A DNA stretch of 64,000 nucleotides from an uncultured Nitrospinota bacterium. Its GTDB lineage: Bacteria > Tectomicrobia > Entotheonellia > J063 > CAVPRW01. Of the stretch, positions 58,975-64,000 are shown piece by piece. The stretch spans positions 1-64,000 of the forward strand of contig CAVPRW010000003.1 of the NCBI GenBank assembly GCA_963707985.1, given 5' to 3'. A program made the position numbers and the translations under genes. Below the pieces are notes generated by a model. It worked only from the letters and a program-made list of their open reading frames with translations, ran no database searches and was not told the origin of the DNA. Position 1 is the stretch's first letter; the number at the start of each line of letters is the position of its first letter.

Positions 58975-61341
58975 ATGACCAAAGTCTACGTATTTCCCGG
59001 GCAAGGTTCACAGAGAAAGGGCATGGGCGCTCAGCTGTTCAATGCCTTTCCCGAATTGACCGCTCAGGCAGACACCATCCTGGGATACTCGATCAAGGAG
59101 TTGTGCCTCAACGGTCCCGACCAACAGCTTAGAGACACGCGCTATACGCAGCCTGCCCTGTTCGTGGTCAACGCCCTGACCTATCTCGACAAGCTCCGCC
59201 AAGACCCCGCCATGCCGGATTATGTGGCCGGGCACAGCCTGGGGGAATACAACGCGCTGTGTGCCGCCGGCGTGTTCGACTTTGCCACCGGGGTACAACT
59301 GGTCCGCAAGCGGGGCGAGCTCATGAGCCAGGCTCCCAGCGGCACCATGGCCGCAGTGTTGAATTGCCCTGAAGCCACCGTGCAGCGCATCCTACGGGAA
59401 CATCGGCTGGAACGTATTGATGTGGCCAACTTCAACACCCCCTCGCAACTCGTGCTCGCTGGTCTACGCGATGACATCCTCAAAGCCCAGCCACTTTTTG
59501 ACTTCGACGACGTCAAGTACATACCCCTCAACGTCGGCGCCGCCTTTCATTCCCGTTACATGCAAGCGGCCATGGAAGAGTTCGAGCGTTTCCTGCAAGA
59601 CGTCTCCTTCATGCCACCTAACATTCCGGTGATCTCCAACGTGCATGCTCGTCCCTACCGGCTCGAACAACTCAGAACCAATCTAGCCGAACAGATCTGC
59701 CGGCCTGTACGGTGGACCGAAAGCATTCGCTACCTCATGAGCCAGGGCGCGCCGACTTTCGAAGAATTAGGGCCCGGCAATGTGTTGACCAGGCTTATCG
59801 CCGACATTCAACGCACCGCACCCCCCCTAGTGGTGGAAGACGAGCCACACCCGGATGCAGCGCCGCGACCGCACAGTCGTCCTGTGACAGAGCCCCCAGC
59901 CCAGCCCGCCAAAGCTAGCAGCCCTGCCCCGGCGCCGTACCTGCCAAAGATCACGCCTGAGCGCCTGGGCTCTGAGGAGTTCAAGCGCGATTACGGATTG
60001 CGCTACGCTTATGCCTCCGGGGCCATGTACAAGGGCATCGCCTCCAAGGACATCGTCGTGCAGATGGGCAGAGCAGGATTTTTGAGCTTCTACGGCACCG
60101 GCGGCGTGCGCTTACCCGACATCGAGCAAACCATTCGCGCCATCCAACAAACGCTCAGCAACGGCGAGCCCTATGGCATGAACCTCCTGTGTAACCCCAT
60201 GCGACCCCAGACTGAAATGGACACCGTCGAGCTCTTTTTACGGTACGGCATTCGCAATGTCGAGGCCTCGGCCTACATGCAGATCACGCCGGCGCTGGTC
60301 AAGTTCCGCCTCAGCGGTCTGGACCGGGATGCGCGGGGCACGCTGACCATCACCAACCGGGTCCTGGCCAAGGTGTCCCGGCCGGAGGTCGCTCAACTGT
60401 TCCTGAGCCCCGCCCCGGAACGGATCGTCAAGCACCTCGTAGACCAGCACGAGATCACCGCCGAGCAGGCGGCATGGTCACCAGCAGTGCCTCTAGCCGA
60501 TGACCTCTGCGTCGAGGCGGACTCGGGCGGTCACACGGACATGGGTGTCGCCGCTGTCTTGATCCCCACCATCATCCGCTTGCGGGATCGCATGCAACAG
60601 CAGTATCAGTATGCCCGACAGGTGCGTGTGGGCGCCGCCGGGGGGATCGGTACTCCGGAAGCCGCAGCGTGCGCCTTTCTGCTCGGCGCCGACTTCGTCC
60701 TCACAGGCTCGATTAACCAGTGTACCGTGGAAGCGGGCATGAGCGATGTGGTCAAAGATATGCTGCAAGACATCAACGTTCAGGACACTGACTATGCACC
60801 GGCTGGCGACATGTTCGAGATTGGCGCCAAGATCCAGGTCATGAAACGAGGGGTATTTTTCCCAGCCCGGGCCAATAAGCTCTATAGTCTTTGGCGCGAA
60901 CACGACAGCCTGGCGTCCATCGATGCCCAGACAGCGAAGCATATCCAGGAGAAGTATTTCAGACGGAGCTTCGAGGAGGTCTACGCGGACACCAGAAACC
61001 ATTACCTGACGATGATGCCCGGAGAAATCGACAAGGCAGAACGCAACCCGAAGCATAAAATGGCCCTGGTCTTCCGTTCGTACTTCATCCAGACCATGAA
61101 TCTAGCCCTCGCCGGGAACGTGGACCGACGGGTCGATTTCCAGGTCCATTGCGGCCCATCCCTGGGCGCCTTTAACCAATGGGTGAAGGGCACGGAGCTG
61201 GAGGACTGGCGCCGACGTCATCCCGACCAGATTGGCGAAATGCTCATGCAAGAAACCGCGGACCATTTAAACCACCGCTTGCAGTCGTTTTACTCCCCCA
61301 ACCTCGGCGGCATGGATCATGGGTCACTCGCACGACCGTGA
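58975..61341 (+). CDS. trans-acting acyltransferase (FabD-like) fused to PfaD/PksE/FabK-type enoyl reductase
   Basis: VFPGQGSQ, the GHSLGEY active site, AAFHS. The C-terminal TIM-barrel region shows the ER-type motifs YGMNLL and EADSGGHTD. GAGGAG SD. Confidence 0.85.
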   Translation: MTKVYVFPGQGSQRKGMGAQLFNAFPELTAQADTILGYSIKELCLNGPDQQLRDTRYTQPALFVVNALTYLDKLRQDPAMPDYVAGHSLGEYNALCAAGVFDFATGVQLVRKRGELMSQAPSGTMAAVLNCPEATVQRILREHRLERIDVANFNTPSQLVLAGLRDDILKAQPLFDFDDVKYIPLNVGAAFHSRYMQAAMEEFERFLQDVSFMPPNIPVISNVHARPYRLEQLRTNLAEQICRPVRWTESIRYLMSQGAPTFEELGPGNVLTRLIADIQRTAPPLVVEDEPHPDAAPRPHSRPVTEPPAQPAKASSPAPAPYLPKITPERLGSEEFKRDYGLRYAYASGAMYKGIASKDIVVQMGRAGFLSFYGTGGVRLPDIEQTIRAIQQTLSNGEPYGMNLLCNPMRPQTEMDTVELFLRYGIRNVEASAYMQITPALVKFRLSGLDRDARGTLTITNRVLAKVSRPEVAQLFLSPAPERIVKHLVDQHEITAEQAAWSPAVPLADDLCVEADSGGHTDMGVAAVLIPTIIRLRDRMQQQYQYARQVRVGAAGGIGTPEAAACAFLLGADFVLTGSINQCTVEAGMSDVVKDMLQDINVQDTDYAPAGDMFEIGAKIQVMKRGVFFPARANKLYSLWREHDSLASIDAQTAKHIQEKYFRRSFEEVYADTRNHYLTMMPGEIDKAERNPKHKMALVFRSYFIQTMNLALAGNVDRRVDFQVHCGPSLGAFNQWVKGTELEDWRRRHPDQIGEMLMQETADHLNHRLQSFYSPNLGGMDHGSLARP

Positions 61342-61377
61342 ACAGCTCCACAGGGTAGCGACCCTGCAAAGGCCTCT

Positions 61378-61770
61378 ATGGGAACGGTGATCGACATCGG
61401 CATCGATCTCGAAGAGATCAGCCGGGTGGAGCGGGTCTTCTCCAGCCCCAGAGCCCTGGCTCGCGTCTTCACCGCCCACGAGATCGCCTACTGTCAACCG
61501 AAACGCCACCGCTTCCAACACCTGGCCGTGCGCTTCGCCGCTAAGGAGGCCGTGTTCAAGGCCCTCGGCACCGGCTTGAGCGGAGGCCTGCATTGGACAG
61601 ATGCGGAAGTGCGGAACGAGCCCTCAGGCAAGCCCTACCTCCTCTTGTCGGGTCCCGCCAAGGCGCTGGCCGATCGACTCGGGGTCCATACCATCCTGGT
61701 ATCGCTGTCGCACAGCCGCCAATATGCCATCGCGCAAGTCATGTTGCTGGGGCCCTGCACTCTCGAATGA
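61378..61770 (+). CDS. acpS: holo-ACP synthase (4'-phosphopantetheinyl transferase)
   Basis: IGIDLEEI and FAAKEAVFKALGTG motifs. 130 aa. Confidence 0.8.
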   Translation: MGTVIDIGIDLEEISRVERVFSSPRALARVFTAHEIAYCQPKRHRFQHLAVRFAAKEAVFKALGTGLSGGLHWTDAEVRNEPSGKPYLLLSGPAKALADRLGVHTILVSLSHSRQYAIAQVMLLGPCTLE

Positions 61771-61924
61771 CTTGACGCCGTTGGATAAGCGGTTCATGTC
61801 CGGATCAGTGGGTAAGGAAGGTTTTTGTGGAGAAAACCCTTGAACTTCGGGCGGAGTTGCCACACCATATTAGTCTAATGGGCACCCGACCGAAGCATCT
61901 ATCTCAATCGATCAGGAGGTTACA

Positions 61925-64000
61925 ATGCGCACCTTGATAGCGATCAGCGTCCTCTGGGGCATAGCCGTACCATTCGTGCTGTGCACGCTGGTTTCGGCCG
62001 CCGAAGGGCCGAAAAAGACCGCCACTGTCGAGGGCATCACCGAATATCAGCTCGACAATGGCCTGCGGCTTCTGCTCTATCCCGACAGCTCACGCCCCAA
62101 GGTAACGGTGAACATGACCGTCCTGGTGGGCTCGCGTCACGAGGGGTACGGCGAGACCGGCATGGCTCATCTGCTGGAGCACTTGCTCTTCAAAGGCACG
62201 CCAATGCACCCCGACATTCCCAAAGTGCTGCGCGAGCATGGCGCCCAGTTCAACGGCAGCACCTCGGCGGACCGGACGAACTATTTCGAAACCGTCCCAG
62301 CCTCGGACAACAATCTGGAGTTCTTCATCCGCCTGGAAGCCGATCGCCTGGTCAATAGTCATGTGAAGAAGGAGGACCTCGAGTCGGAGATGACCGTCGT
62401 ACGGAACGAATTCGAGCGGGGAGAGAATTCGCCGACGGCTGTGCTGATGAAGCGGATCACCGCCGCCGCGTACAACTGGCACAACTATGGTAAGTCGACG
62501 ATCGGCAACCGGAGCGATATCGAGCGTGTGCCGATCGAGAACCTGCGGGAGTTCTATCGGAAGCATTATCAGCCCGACAACGTCGTGCTGGTCGTAGCTG
62601 GCCAATTCGACGAGGCCAAGACACTGGCGTTGGTGCAGACGTACTTCGGTGCGATTCCACGGCCACAGCGCGCGCTCAATACCACATACACCGAAGAACC
62701 GGAACAGGATGGTGAGAGGCTGGTGACGCTGCGGCGCGTCGGAGACGTGGGAGCGGTCGGAATCGCCTATCACATCCCCGCCGGTCCGCACGAGGACTGG
62801 GCCCCGCTCCAGGTGCTCACCACCATCCTCAGCTCGGAGCCCTCTGGGCGGCTCTACAAGGCACTGGTCGAGACGAAAAAAGCCACCCGCGTCTATGCCA
62901 GCGCCCGTGGCCAGCATGATCCGGGCCTGCTGATGACGCAAGCGGAGGTGCGCGACCCAAAAGAGCTGGATGAGGTGCGCGAGATCATTATTTCCACGGT
63001 CGAAGATATCGGCATGCAAGGCGTAACCGCCGAGGAAGTGAACCGCGCTCGACAGCAGATCCTCAAGGCCCGCGAGCTGGCCGCAGTCGACACCAACCAG
63101 ACCGCGGTTGCGCTCAGTGAATGGGCCGCCCAGGGGGATTGGCGTCTGTACTTCCTGCACCGCGATCGCCTCGAGCAAGTCACGCCCAGTCAGGTGCAAG
63201 CTGTTGCGGCGCGCTATCTAGAGAGCAACAACCGCACCGTGGGCCTGTTCATCCCAACCGACACGCCACAGCGCATCACGATCCCCACCACGCCGGACGT
63301 CAACTCCTTGGTCGAGGGCTATACGGGCCGCGAGGCCATTGCCGCGGGCGAAGTGTTTGACGCCACGTCAGCCAATATCGAAGTCCGTGCACAGCGCATG
63401 AACCTGCCTGAAGGCATCAAGGTCACCCTGCTGCCGAAGAAAACGCGTGGGCAGGAGGTCCAACTCGTGTTAACGCTACGCTATGGGAACGAGGAGAACC
63501 TCAAAGGCTATGAGTCCGCCGCCAGCCTCCTGCCGCCGCTCATGCTACGGGGCACAAAGCAACTCAGCTACCAGCAACTGCGCGACGAGCTCGATCGGCT
63601 CAGCGCATCGCTCGGTGCCGGCGGAGGCGGTGGCCGAGGCGGCCAGGGACGCGGCGGATCTTCCGAAGCCGGGATGGCGGGCGCCCTAAGCTTTTCAATC
63701 CACACCAAGAGAGACAGTCTGCCCGCAGTGCTCGAGATCCTACGCCAAGTGCTGCGCGAGCCGGCGCTTCCCACCGATCAATTTGAGCTGATCAAGCGTG
63801 AGTGGTTGGCATCGATGGAGCAGTCGCGAACCGAGCCCGACGCACTGGCCAATCGTCATCTCCGCCGTCAACTTGCGCCATACGCCAAGGACGACATCCG
63901 TTACGTGCCGACCATCGAGGAATCGATCGATCGTCTCGCAGCCGTTCACTACGACCAGGTCCGACAGCTCTACCACGAATACCTTGGCTCCCAGGCAGGA
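61925..64000 (+). CDS. secreted M16-family zinc peptidase (double M16 unit), 3' partial at window end
   Basis: AGGAGG SD, signal peptide, and inverzincin motif HLLEHLLFKGT (HxxEH). The frame is open to the window end. Confidence 0.8.
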   Translation, partial: MRTLIAISVLWGIAVPFVLCTLVSAAEGPKKTATVEGITEYQLDNGLRLLLYPDSSRPKVTVNMTVLVGSRHEGYGETGMAHLLEHLLFKGTPMHPDIPKVLREHGAQFNGSTSADRTNYFETVPASDNNLEFFIRLEADRLVNSHVKKEDLESEMTVVRNEFERGENSPTAVLMKRITAAAYNWHNYGKSTIGNRSDIERVPIENLREFYRKHYQPDNVVLVVAGQFDEAKTLALVQTYFGAIPRPQRALNTTYTEEPEQDGERLVTLRRVGDVGAVGIAYHIPAGPHEDWAPLQVLTTILSSEPSGRLYKALVETKKATRVYASARGQHDPGLLMTQAEVRDPKELDEVREIIISTVEDIGMQGVTAEEVNRARQQILKARELAAVDTNQTAVALSEWAAQGDWRLYFLHRDRLEQVTPSQVQAVAARYLESNNRTVGLFIPTDTPQRITIPTTPDVNSLVEGYTGREAIAAGEVFDATSANIEVRAQRMNLPEGIKVTLLPKKTRGQEVQLVLTLRYGNEENLKGYESAASLLPPLMLRGTKQLSYQQLRDELDRLSASLGAGGGGGRGGQGRGGSSEAGMAGALSFSIHTKRDSLPAVLEILRQVLREPALPTDQFELIKREWLASMEQSRTEPDALANRHLRRQLAPYAKDDIRYVPTIEESIDRLAAVHYDQVRQLYHEYLGSQAG

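Noticed and set aside
62090-63199. 369-aa minus-strand ORF
   Set aside because: It is antisense to the M16 peptidase reading frame, which carries the HxxEH motif, a signal peptide and an SD.

Overview
The window is high-GC (~60%) bacterial chromosomal DNA. Gene content (two F420-type LLM oxidoreductases, a PPOX/F420 protein, a Uma2 endonuclease, a poly-HAMP kinase, DUF1501/DUF1800, IS701/IS66) fits a Chloroflexota (Ktedonobacteria-like) or Actinomycetota genome. 

Positions 1-46,500 are mostly metabolic and regulatory backbone. They hold a partial sucC, a truncated phnC, a PhoR/OmpR-like two-component pair, and a ~5.7 kb cytoplasmic hybrid histidine kinase. That kinase has about nine tandem HAMP units followed by GAF, HisKA, HATPase and three receiver domains. 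Next come a REC-PAS-HisKA_2 kinase, pepC, an MT-A70 methyltransferase, a PDZ-SPFH fusion, CaiB, an MBL hydrolase, mutM, and an AtzG/AtzE-like small-protein/amidase pair. These are followed by further LLM oxidoreductases, an ABC solute-binding protein, a DUF1501/DUF1800/NHL/MqnA-like cluster, TauD, a BBE oxidase and an SMP-30 family protein. This stretch also contains low-GC islets and decayed mobile remnants. 

Positions 46,500-61,800 are a mosaic accessory island. They hold a BREX type-1 remnant (brxA-brxB-brxC only, with brxC riddled with in-frame stops and frameshifts), a vapBC toxin-antitoxin pair, and an IS701-like element with inverted repeats. An AT-rich small-peptide plus membrane-protein operon, a tyrosine-recombinase remnant interrupted by an IS66 transposase, and a PKS/FAS-accessory trio (LLM, trans-AT-ER/PksE-like, AcpS) follow. 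The window ends in a partial M16 peptidase. 

A striking feature is the number of single-base frameshifts or in-frame stops in otherwise recognisable genes (sucC, phoR-like, the giant kinase, pepC, amidase, two LLMs, brxC, the transposase). This points to either indel-prone sequence data or real pseudogenisation. It needs read-level verification before any biological interpretation.
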